A stretch of 62,537 nucleotides of DNA, counting the filler, from Choristocarpus tenellus KU-1152 (lineage: Eukaryota > Protista > Phaeophyceae), in assembly GCA_964200185.2 (NCBI GenBank). It is 13 parts of 13 records of this genome, joined end to end, with 100 filler letters (N's around TTAATTAATTAA, not from the genome) between each part and the next. Parts side by side here need not be neighbours in the genome. Positions count along the whole stretch, not along the records: positions 35,060 to 38,389 come from CAXNAD020020757.1; positions 38,490 to 46,153 come from CAXNAD020005787.1; positions 46,254 to 53,462 come from CAXNAD020006530.1; 10 more parts are not named here. One strand, 5' to 3'. Below the pieces are notes generated by a model that saw only the letters and a program-made list of their open reading frames with translations, was not told the DNA's origin and made no database searches. The position numbers were made by a program, and so were the translations under genes. Shown here piece by piece: positions 37,729 to 49,521 of the stretch (positions within the stretch are counted from its first letter, which is position 1; every line of letters starts with the position of its first letter).

Positions 37729-38389
37729 TTTTTGTAAATTTTGCGGCACTTTTTAAGGGCCACTTTTTGAATCGGAATCCGTGCCGAAGGTGGTAGTAGG
37801 ACATACTTAATTGATCTTGTACGTTTCCAATGTATTAACTACCAAAAGATTTATAAAAAATGGCACCCTCCAATTTTTTGCGAAGATACAAAATCTGAAA
37901 TTCTTGGACATTTGTATTCTCAAAGAGTGAGACTATATTAGAGGGTACACGATAGCCAAAATTACATCAAAATCACAACATTGTATTTTGACCGCCAAAT
38001 GGACGCGGTTCTACCCTGTAAGAATATACTATGGCTCTAAAAATACTAGAGACGACAAAAAGCGGTTCTTGAGTTTTGGCGATTTCTCTTTCTTCTGTTG
38101 ACAATTGTGTTACAAGAAAAAAGGAATATCGAACAGCGTACGATTATATATTGAAAAGAAACAGAGAGTAAAAGTTTTTGTGACCTTTTCGTTTCGTACC
38201 TTTGAAACGTATGAGATCAATGAAGGATGTGGTTTGTATTTTTATTTGTTGGTGTAAAGATTAGAATATCATTCTACTTTTGGAACATTGGAAACGTACA
38301 AGATCAATTAAGTATGTCCTACTACCACCTTCGGCATGGATTCCCATTCAAAAAGGGGCCCTTAAAAAGTGCCCCAACATTTACAAAAA
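37729..38389. mobile_element. Long-TIR (>=105 bp) non-autonomous DNA element, right end runs into gap
   Basis: 37729-37833 is the reverse complement of 38285-38389 (GCCGAAGGTGGTAGTAGGACATACTTAATTGATCTTGTACGTTTCCAATGT). Confidence 0.8.
37925..38037. mobile_element. Internally deleted MITE family B nested in the long-TIR element
   Basis: CAAA|GAGTGAGACTATATTAGAGGGTA...TACCCTGTAAGAATATACTATGGCTC|TAAA. Confidence 0.75.
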
Positions 38390-38489
38390 NNNNNNNNNNN
38401 NNNNNNNNNNNNNNNNNNNNNNNNNNNNNNNNNTTAATTAATTAANNNNNNNNNNNNNNNNNNNNNNNNNNNNNNNNNNNNNNNNNNNN

Positions 38490-38520
<31 letters not shown>

Positions 38521-38584
38521 CTCCTCCCCCCCTCCCCCCCCCCCCCCCCCCCCCCCCCTCACCCCCTCCCCATCCCATACACAC

Positions 38585-41500
38585 CTTTGTAGATCGGGAT
38601 TCTGGTGGGAATGCTGCTGTTGCCCCTGGTACAACTACATGAAACCTGGAAGGTGGAGCAAATGGGTCTGACTGGATCTTGTCCACACACAGGGTGAACT
38701 CGGGATATCCCTGCCACCAAGAAGTGCAGAAATAGTGTGTGCCATTATCCATTGTATGGACACACACACACACACATGAGATGGTGGCCTGTACAAAGAT
38801 TGCTCTATTTTCCACATAATCTTCTGATTGTTGACATCCTTCCACATTACAATCTACCACACTGAGGGTTACTGCACTTGTCCTTGTCCAGCCTCTTCCC
38901 ACTCATCAGTATATTAATATAATATTAATATAATATTAATATGATATAATATTAATATAATATGCACATGATACACCACACCTTACTTTGACCACACCTA
39001 TGGTGATTCTCTTGAAAAAAATACCTACCTGGTGCACATGCTCATTTTATTTTCCAACCTTTCTCAAGGATCAAACTATATACATAGAGGGTCGGAAATT
39101 AAACGAATACATTCAGCATAATGGAACCAGGTCAAACAAAGTTTTCCATATGCTTGACTACATTCAACAATGCACAGAGTAAGTGAGAGGAGGAGAGGAC
39201 AGATAAAATGAAACAAGTAAAGACAAGACAAGGTGACAAGCAACTCAAGGTGGGCAAGAAGGAACACAACCAACTTTGCACTGAATTGCACAACATACTC
39301 AAACACAATCAAACAGCTGACGAAGAAAATAGAAAGGTTTTAAAGAGAGATGTTGTACTGATTATCTCAAAAATCTATGGTTCATTGCTCTGATTATCAA
39401 TATTCTTTTTTCTGTTTATCTTGATTTACAACACCAGGACTGCTCCTTCTAGACTTAGGGAAGAAGGAGCATGTATGATACTAGTACACCCCCCAGACCA
39501 ACTAATGGCGGATCCCTAACCCTAACCCTAAACCTGGCAATCAAGCCTCCCTATCAACAACAAAACTTCCAATCTGAACTTGAGCACTCCACAGCAGTAG
39601 CCAGATTTTTGTACATGTGGGCAAAAGCTCAGTCACACAGGTAGCCTTGTACCAGAATACACAAGCAAGAAAACAAAAAGTAACTGCAAACACTTCAACA
39701 AATCAAACAGTCAGAACCTGGAAAAAGGACGGCAACCCCAACCCCAACCCTAACCCCAACCCTATCATCAGCATCAATTTAAAGAACGCGAAGACTTGGC
39801 ATTTTCTTAATTATTGGCAAAAGCAATACAATGAACAGGTCAAGGGTTAGTGAGGTAGACCCTCGGTGTATATTTGCCATCTTCAGCCTCCTAGGTAATA
39901 CATTCAATCAGTATTGTCAAAGACAGTACCAGCCCACCATTTATTAGCTATTGCCATCCTCTTCTTCTCAGGTACAAAGTTTATCACAGTCGTCTGTAGG
40001 GAGGCACTGTAGCAGGTAACAATAAAAAATAAAAGTATATATACTTGAGTATAGAAATGCTTCATAAAAGTGTTTTTATGTGTAATTTGACCAGAAAAAA
40101 AAAACAGAACGGACATGTGGAAGGATCCACAAAAAAACTCTTACTTTCTTCAAAAGATTAAACGCCTCCTTCAAATGTCTTTTGTTCCTTTGCAATTTTG
40201 GAATGGTCCAGTGTAAGGGTTAGGGTTAGTTAATACTACCATGCACATGCACCTTGGGTACTTGTGTACAACAGGCTCAAACTACACATTCTCATGATGC
40301 ATGAAATACATGTCCAAAAAAGGTCTACCAGCTTGCCTCGCCACCAAAGGTCCATGATCCTTCAATGTCCTTGTAAGCGGGGTAAGGTCGACCGTCAACC
40401 CTCCGGAGGATGTCAATCATCTGATTGGCTGATGCTGTCCTGCCAGAAGTCATGATACACAGGGGCAAGGGGGAAGGGAGGTTAGGGTTAGGGTCAGGGG
40501 AAATATATATATATATATGGAAGGAAAACAGAGTACAGCTTGCTTCATATTTTTTATTTCAATAATCAACAAGGATATATTGTGGGAGGGAAAGATAAAG
40601 TGTGAAGGAGATCCTATTGATAGGGTTGCGTGTCCATTTTTGTGACACTTGATGAGTGTGAGAGGTTTTGTACTGAGAGTACATGTGCAACTATAGAGCA
40701 GGTATCATACACACACACACTACACGATATGAAAGTTGATTCTCTTTGAAAAACAATAAAAATATTAATTTTAATGTAGCACTACAAAAGTACACAAGAT
40801 TCAAGACCCCAAGCTTTTGAAGGTCTGATCATCAACCGACCAATCAGACAAAACCAACTGGCCACCCTCCAGCATTTCATCCCTCAGACACAGCAGGAGA
40901 TTTTTTTTTCTTATAAAAACTAATCCCTCATGACCACACCACAGCAACCTCCCATTGGAACTGGCTCTCCAAACAAACAATACAGAAAAAGAACCGTAAT
41001 TCCTGCCCATGCAGCTCTTGGGTAGAATAAACGATTCAGACTCATGTTGAACTCTGATGTCAAAACTTCAACTTGAAGTTGTGTATACAACAGCGCAATG
41101 CTGTTCTACAACTTTTCTCGTGCTCTTCAGTTCTACTAAATGTGTTCTACTAAGTGTGCACATGAAATCCAAGAAAAATGTCCAGGCACAGTCTCAACAG
41201 TAGTGGAACTTGCTGCAATAGGCTGCAATAGACCTCATGTGCCAGTAAGTTCGCTCCAAAAGAAACACCTTCCAAAACTCTTTTGCAGGACCTTGTTTAC
41301 CTTCAACGTCCAACACCTTAGTCTACCCCCCCTGACCCTAACCCTAGCCTCTTTTCACGCCAAATTGCGCATGTATCCCTTGAGAATATGGGACCCTCAA
41401 GTGTTGTATTTTATACAACTAGATGTGTGAAGGGATACGCCAATTGCCACGATGGAAACCCATCAAACTATATCTACTTAAGGGTCCTGTCACAGCAAAC

Positions 41501-43005
41501 TTATGAGTTGTAGATTCTTCAAGCAAGCCCAAATACCCAAGAAATTGGATTAATGGAAATTTTTGCAGTCCACCAAGTTCTGTGTTCAGAAGTACCAATT
41601 GGCGCCAGTCAGTCAGGCGTGGACAGGAAATTCTGGGACTTGCCCTAGTCACATGTGAAGGAAACATGTGTAAAAACACCATCAACGCCCTGTAGCAGCT
41701 GGATTAGAAGCCCAAGAGCATCATTACCATACGTACTTGACTGGGTAGTGATGTATGCGTATGAATATACATATGCATGTTTTCAAAAGAGTTGTATGTT
41801 GGATATGCTACAAAATGCTTGGACTACTTGGTTCAAATTTCATACGCCACACTATCGAACATATTGTGTCATTGTTAACATTGACATACATAAACACAGC
41901 CCAGCAGAGCATCAGCACTTGATAGTGCGCCTTTGAGGGATAATTAATTATTGCTACAATATATTAATCGGGCTCATAGGATAAAGAATATATACAACGT
42001 GAGACAAAATGAGTTCATATTTTGTCACGAAAAAGACAAAGAATTATGGGAATTTATACAACAGTAGAGGGCAACAAATCAAGACACACTGTCCTTTAGA
42101 GATATTGCAATAGCATCTGCAACTGTAGAATGTAGGGCTAGGATTAAGATTTGGGGTAGGATTAGATGTACAGATTCTCCAAGAACTACGCAGTGTATTT
42201 GACCGTTAGGACTGCGCATCAATCCGATCTGTAGCTCACCTTGAATCACTTCGCGACGTCATTATGCTACCCCCCCCACCATTCCCACCTGCTCCTCCTC
42301 CACCCCTGCCTCCCCTGCCCCCTCCACCATACCTCCAGGCAAAGGATGGAGGTTGCGCAGGTAGAAGGAAGAACACAACAAGTACAAGTAAAGTGGTTGG
42401 CACGGGAACACGGGAGGGGTGCAAGTCGAGGATGTCAAGTATGACTCAACATTCACGACATATTCGAGGGTACCCTTAGAATGAGGAATAACCTCTCCTA
42501 GCAAATCTGGAGGCAGGTGTCAGCATAAGTTTGCAGTACTCTCGCGCCCTCGGAAACCTTTGACGATTATCCTAATATCACATAGAAGATGCAAAAAAAA
42601 CAACTATATTAGGTCTATAAGGCGCTTCTGAGTTCCCTGACGACTGTTCTGTCAACAACGAAGCGAAACACTGAAAAACGTTTATTCGGAGGCTTAAACT
42701 GAAGAGGATGTTGCAAGATATTGCAAAGTACTCTTCCACAAAAGCATAGTGGTAGTGACAGAGCGAGTTTGGTAGCCGAAGTTGTTTACCACCTAGCTAG
42801 CATAACATGCTCAAGATCTCAAGCCTCACTTGTTCTTGTAGTACTCCCCTCGTCCCCCGCCGCCTCCACGGCCTCCTCCACCACCCCTTCCTCCTCCACC
42901 ACCCCTTCCTCCTCCACCACCTCGTCCCCCACCACCTCCGCCATACTTATTGCGATAGTAATCGCCAGAGCCTCCTCCACTCCCTCCTCTACCACCGTAA
43001 GACAT
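38585..43005 (-). CDS. Predicted ABC-class ATPase (ABC_N / ABC_ATPase family, MRB1590-like) with N-terminal RGG tail; 5' part
   Basis: Exons 43005-42830, 42332-42240, 40439-40337 (GC donor) and 38710-38585 splice in frame: MSYGGRGG...YYKNKYGGG...ILRRVDGRPYPAYKDIEGSWTF...FTLCVDKIQSDPFAPPSRFHV. Confidence 0.85.
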
Positions 43006-43457
43006 GGTTGCTACTTGGATGATGCCTTGAGTGAGAGAGGGGGAGCAAAAGGGAGACAGAAAGTTGAACGCAAGGGAACTTCGACTAAGAAGAAAGAGGG
43101 AAAGAAATCGCCTGGCGGGCACAGATGATGACACGTGTCCCCAAAGAATAGCTGACATTAAGGTAACAGGGTGTGCAGGTCTAAGGGAGAACAATACAAC
43201 AATCGAGGCCTTAGGGGCCGCGAGCAATGTTCCGCGCGACATTCTTCCACTAACAAGACATATAAATCAATTTACATACTATGTTTGAAAAGGATCTAAG
43301 AACGACTCCACATTTACTTAGGTCTTAGGTGAGATTCTTTGCTTCTGTGAGAGTGGACTCAAAGAGTCAAGTCATTCCTTTCAGACTTTCTAGCCCCTGA
43401 TGCTGTGCACTTCGTAATTTGCATGAAATGCCGTGACACAGTACCTGTTTTGGAGGA
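43006..43457. promoter_or_regulatory. Putative bidirectional promoter / shared 5' region
   Basis: 452 bp between two divergent ATGs on one contig. Confidence 0.5.
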
Positions 43458-45726
43458 ATGTTTCAGGATCCTGAGGGTGGCGTCATAGAAATCAGACTTA
43501 AACGCAAGGACAGGACATTTCGACCAAACGTGAGAGACCCACCCTCCCGCCTATAAATCCCATACACACTCTCTTCCCAAGTAATTTCAGCTGATCACTC
43601 TTACCCCACTGTATCGTGTTTCCAACTTCGATTCCTCTCTCTCTCTCTCTCTCTCTCTCATTTCAAGGACACGTTGGAGGGAACATTAGTGGTTGTGACT
43701 CAAGAACCATGGGATTACAAGTCCATTACCCTCAGTGTGCTAGGCAACGTGTGTCTTGTCGATGACCCCTCCAAGAAAGGGTTGTTCAAGGATGCGCAGA
43801 AACCCCTTGCTCTACTCCACGAGACAATCGCAATTGATGGGGGGAGATTCCCTGCTGGTCAGACAGAGTTACCATTCGAGGCTAAGATCAAAGGCATCAA
43901 TGGCATGGTGAGGAGGATAGTCAAGCCACCGATCAGGTTGTGTCGCCGTAACCCGGTCGTCTTCACTAACCGAAAGAGTTATATACGTGACAAACTTTTC
44001 CTTGATATCCCATGCCTCTTGGAAACTTGTTCGTTAATGTATGCACATTTACAAAATGTAATGCCTGTGTTGCCGAATATCGTATGGGCCTCTCCAGCAT
44101 AGAATGATACTAATCCTTCCGTGTTATGGGGTGTTATCGCCTTCTTTTTCCCACGTCCTAATCCTCCCTTTCCTCTTTACTTCGATTATTCCTTTCTGAT
44201 CATGACGCTCTTGGTCGATGCGGCCCCCTCTAGCCCCTCCTGAACAGTTACTCTGGAGTTTACCTGTCTATTGGTGAGTCACTTGTTAATCTCCAAGCAA
44301 TGCGTTCGCCACAGAGTGTAGCTTTTGTCGCTACATGTATGACCGACCAACCTCGTTGACTTGTTGAAGTCTTCGAATAGTTGAGGTCGAGGATAGCAAG
44401 GTCACTTCAGATACCCCTCACCACAGTCAAGCCTTATCTTCCATTACAAACCTCTAGACGCCTATGACCTTTCCTGTTAACCTCTAAGTTGTTAGCATTG
44501 TACATGATCCATCCCCTGCAGGATATCATATCAAAGCTAGGATTGAGCGGGGACTCATGCGGAAGGAGCTCGTGCGGTCGGCTGAGTTCATGGGTGAGAT
44601 AGACTTAACTGATCTTGAGTTACTGCAGCCTTGTTGGTATGGTTTATGTATTTGGCATCATTAAATTGATGTGATCGATGCAAGATAGATGAGAGCTGTT
44701 TAAGTTTTTGATATAGGTGTAGAGTACTCTCTTGGAGATGTAACACATGTTGAAGGATGTTACTTCTGTGTACAATGGGTTTCTGAAGGAATGGACATGA
44801 TTTAAACCTGTGAATCATTGGTGCTCAAGCATGCATGGTGATTGTGAGGTTGAGTAATATATCAACCGCTCTCAAGATTGGACTGAAGGAGTGACCTATT
44901 TGTGCCTTCACCCATCTCATCCGTATTCGACATCTGTCTCACTTACATGGCATAAAGTCTGTGTGCAAGTGCACAATGAACAGTAAGAACAATTGAAAAA
45001 ACCTTGAATCGCCATTTATTGTTCATCAGTAGAGTGTTGCAGTTTTTCAGTAAAACTCTGGCAGACTATTCAATTGTGGAGGTATTTGATTTCACTGCAA
45101 AGTTCAACTGGATATGTGTGGCTTGTTTCCAGATAAAGGTCATTAGAAGGACCCCACACAACATATTACAAATCCTATACCAGGGTTCTTGTTTGTACGG
45201 CAGGATTTTATGGCAAGAGCTGTAAACAACTGTTAATACAACTGTTAATACAATATTTAATACAATATCGATATTTGTAGCAGGTGATTTCATTCGATCC
45301 AAGAGGGAATTTTACCACATTTTTGCTGGTTATTGTTCAGCTATCATTATTCATGCAATATTGCCGTGGTGTGGATGAGGGGACATGGTGTTTATGCACA
45401 CGTTGATGATAAATGTGAAGCTTCCCAGTCACCTAGATTATCTTTTTATCTTTTACCATCTTTGTTCCAACACTAATACTGTTGCTGTGATTCCTTCTTC
45501 AACTCCATCTCCCATTCTATCAGTGGAGGTACCGTCTGCCACTCTGCCTCCTCCCACTGAACTCCCGTTTGAGATCACACCCAGTACCCTGGAAAATATC
45601 CGACCAACCACTCAACACAAGCTCAAGTCTTTCAAAATCACGGGCAAGCTGCACCAACTAGTGTCCCCCATCAGCCGCCCACTAACTGGGGAGGTTGTGG
45701 TGGAAGAGTCAGAAACACCAATTAAG
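43458..45726 (+). CDS. VPS26C: VPS26C / DSCR3 (retriever subunit, arrestin fold); 3' exons missing
   Basis: Exons 43458-43529, 43668-43907, 44234-44273, 44522-44593 and 45524-45726 are phase-compatible: IEIRLKRKDRTFRP...GRFPAGQTELPFE...LLNSYSGVYLSIGYHI...EFMVEVP...FEITPSTLENI...FKITGKL...PLTGEVVVEESETPIK. Confidence 0.85.
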
Positions 45727-45965
45727 GTGATTGTGACAAGGGTTCAGAAGATGAGAAATTTTCGCCCCTTTTGGAAGGAGGATAGACTATAATGACAGGA
45801 CCCAGGGACTGTAAAGTATATTGCCACATGCGGTGTATTTTGATTGCTGTTGATGGTGTACTTTACTTCTCTTTTTGAGGGCACTAGTGGGAATACTATT
45901 TGCTGCTTTCTGGGTCCCTTGTGTAGACTACATACATATTTTTTTTGAATCGCTAGTGAGTGCTT

Positions 45966-46098
45966 CCCATAACTTGATTAGGGTTAGGGTTAGTAAGAGA
46001 GGCCTTTAATCCCATAATTTGATTAGCGCTATGATTAGTAAGAGAGGTCTTTAATCCCATAATTTGATTAGAGCTATGATTTGTAAGAGGGGCCTTTC
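45966..46098. repeat. ~45-bp tandem repeat x3; first unit contains TTAGGGTTAGGGTTAG
   Basis: CCCATAA(C/T)TTGATTAG...GTAAGAG(A/G)GG(C/T)CTTT. Confidence 0.75.
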
Positions 46099-46253
46099 TA
46101 CAGGGGGCAGGTCGGTTGGGGGGTCTTCCTCATTGGTGCCTAATTGACTTGTGNNNNNNNNNNNNNNNNNNNNNNNNNNNNNNNNNNNNNNNNNNNNTTA
46201 ATTAATTAANNNNNNNNNNNNNNNNNNNNNNNNNNNNNNNNNNNNNNNNNNNN

Positions 46254-49200
46254 GAGGAAGCATATCACCCCGGCCAGTGGTGGGGCCCATGGTGGAGGGG
46301 GGGCTGACATGAGGGCAAAACAAGAATTCGCAGCTCCAGGTCCACGAGCAGGTAGGAGTAAGACTGGAAAGGGTAAGGCTGGCAAGGATACTCACGTTGA
46401 AGGAGGGGAATCTTCGTCATCAACTGGTCAATCTGACTCGCCACGCCGTGGCGTAAAGCGCCCATGGAGTTTGCGCTCGCGACCAAATGAGGAGTCCAGC
46501 ACGGGACCTGCCTCCGATGTTCCTCCATGCGAAGCTACCCGACGAAAGCGTGCTCGGGGCTCTTCTACACATGCCGAAGATCGCCCGGTTCCCCCTGCTC
46601 CGGGCTCTACGCAGGACCCTGCTTCTAATCTGTCCGGTGACGGAAGCGTAGTCATAAATACACCTGCTCCTTCAGGAGGTTCCAGGAGCTTGGGAGAAAA
46701 ACCTGTGGGAAATGGACTTGCTGTCGAAAGTATGAAAAGTACCACTCAACTTAACACCAAGTTGGCATCATCTGACCCGGTGGTCGGTCGTTCTGCTGGA
46801 GCGGACCCATCAGCCCAATCAACCCCAGCTGTCGCCCTTGTGACTGGTAACCTGGGAAACTTAGAGTCGTTTGTGGAAGACTTGGAAAGCTTGGGCATGT
46901 ATGACACCTTCATGCGAGCACAGGAGCGACTGCCCTCCCTGCGCTCAAACCTTGCCCGCTCAAGGGACATGCAAAATGTGGTAGATGTTTCAGAGCGCCG
47001 ACCCATGGTTGCTTGGATCTGCAGAGTCCAGTTGGAGTTAGGCCTCCAGCCGGAAACCCTGCACCTGGCTGTGGGAATCATGGACCGCACTCTTTCCACA
47101 GTGAGAAAGGAAATTCTTTTTCTAATATTGACATGTCCTGCATCTCTCCCTAAAATGACCTAGAAGCATTTCTTGCCTGCCTGCTGTCAATCATTAAAAT
47201 ATCCAAGCTTTTGGCATTGGGTTTCTCACCCGTAGTCCCTGGGTGTTCTGCCTCCTTCAGATCCGGTTGGAGAACAGCAACGCCCTGCGTGCTTTGGCAG
47301 TTTCATCGCTCCACCTGGCCATCAAGCTTGAGGAGGTGACCAATGACCAGTTTCTTCTTACCGCTACTGTACTGTTCCTGCCACCTCATCCGCAGTCATT
47401 GTTCTTCCTAACTGTGACAGAATTGGACTCTTCTTTTGTCAGTAGTCCTGACTGACAGCTTGAGGTATAAGCAACCTTCACGGACCCTAACGTACAACAT
47501 ATTTTTGGCCTCTCAATGATCTTTCTATTGGAATGTGGATAGCTGGCTCAGGTGCCAATTCCTCTGTACATGCTCTCCCTAAATCTCTTTGCGATTGCAG
47601 GTGGAGCCGGTGGCACTGAGTGATTTGTTGAACTGCCCTAATCTCAACGCTCTGCGTACAAGCCAAAAGGAGGTTCTATCCATGGAGGCCAAAGCTGCAG
47701 CTGGCCTGCAATTTCGATTCTTTTTTCCCACGCCCAGAACGTTCCTGACACGGTTCCTGGATGCAGCTGGGTGGAAGGATGGCTCCCGTGAGGCATTGCT
47801 GGCTGAGTACCTAGCTGAGCTTGGTGAGTGTTGGTGTCTTACTTTGGTGATGTAGAATCAATGCTTTTGCTTTGGTGAGAACGGAAAGGGTGCTCACATG
47901 ACATGGAGGTAAATTATATAATACCCTCCCAGTCTATCTTCCTTTGTTATCCTTTGACCGTCACCCTGGATGAGATTGTGACTGCTTGTTGCAGAATATA
48001 TGTAATAAAACAAAGTTTCCTATGATTTGTAGTTGCAGATACACATTGTGTAACGATTCTTGTTTTATTTTGTGGGTGCTGTAACTAGGCATTTTGATGT
48101 ATGAGAAGATGTAACTACCCAAGATTTTGTAGATATTTGAGTTGTCAACACAGCAACCGTCCAACCTCAAGCTCTCATCATATTGTGATGGGTTGGGTAG
48201 TCCATCCAGTTTGTAGGCATGCGATATTCTATGGACATGTTGTGAGAAATGGTACAAGTGCAAAGGGGTGCAACACGGAGATTCCAGCAGCAGCTAACTC
48301 CATTCGATGTCTGTGTACATTTTCTGCATGCATGTGTGTGGCATATGCTGTGCTTGACACACGTTCTTCGCTTACTGTTCCCTGTATACCCACTGTGAGA
48401 CACTCGTTGGAATGTCAACATTCAGATCAGTCGGTACACACCTTACAAAGCCCTGTGTTCAACTGTCAGAGTCTTGACCGATCGATACAAACTGTTTCTG
48501 AGTGTGCAACAAACCCTCTTTGCCCTTCAGACTGACCACCTTCTCTGATTCTCATTACCAAACCTCGCCTTCCGCCTCGATCGTCACCCCCGCCCTAATT
48601 TTCTCCGCCGTTTAAGCGCTCACCGACTGCAGTTTGGTAGGACAGTTACCTTCCGTTGTGGCTGCTGCATGCATCCGCCTTGCACAGCTTGTGCTCACCC
48701 CTCGTGGTCAGGGGCACAAGCGGGAGCGTCAGGGGTGGACCCCTGCTCTCGAGGTGGGTTTTTTTAGACCACGGTGAGGCGTTTACGACTGCTGTGACTG
48801 TTCATCTCTCTCCCATTGTGCGCTTGTCGTCTTCATTCTTGGTGAGACGCCTTCCGCTGTGTCAGTGCGTTTTCCATTCGTGGAAGGCATTTTGTTTTGA
48901 TGCGTAGCTACGATGTGTGCGATGCAGTAGGTGTGGACTTGGGCAACACCAACATGGCTACAAATACAAGCTTCTCTGGACTCTGTGCACCTGAGCAGGG
49001 TGAACCTTCCCTTGTCAAGCTCTGGATCAAAAGATCAAACCTTGCCATCTTTTGTTTCGTGATTATGGTCCTGTTACCTCTCCCTCATCCCGCACAGGAA
49101 GCTACTGAGCTTGAGTATGAGTCGTGGGCACTGCTACAGACGGTTGCCAGGCTTATGGCTGTGCATCAGGTGGGTTGGGGGGTAACCAAGGAAGTGCAAG

Positions 49201-49521
49201 GTGAAGCCATTTTCGCTTTTGTCCGAAAATCCTCTGCCTTCATCCCCCCACTCTTCTTCCCGAAGAGCTGGTTCCCACACCGGAACCTCTTTTTACCTCA
49301 CCTATTGCTTTTTCTTGTTAATCTAGGTGGCGGAGCATACGCCTGTCTCCAGAGGGACATGGGAGAAAAATGCTACAAGGGAGAAACGTCGAGTGTCTCT
49401 CATAACTAGTATTACCAGTGACCGTGAGCCCTTCCTGAGCTATCTTACTGTTGCTCATGCCGCCAATGCCATCCAAGGTGCTAGTCAGGGCTCTTCGCGG
49501 GCTGCTGCCTCGAACACATGA
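46254..49521 (+). CDS. Cyclin (divergent A/B-like), 5' incomplete
   Basis: Exons <46254-47100, 47261-47335, 47601-47823, 48617-48753, 49098-49169 and 49327-49521 (TGA): RRPMVAWI...LQPETLHLAVGIMDRTLS...LAIKLEE...VLSME...PTPRTFLTRF...AEYLAELAL...LPSVVAAAC...WTPALE. Confidence 0.9.
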
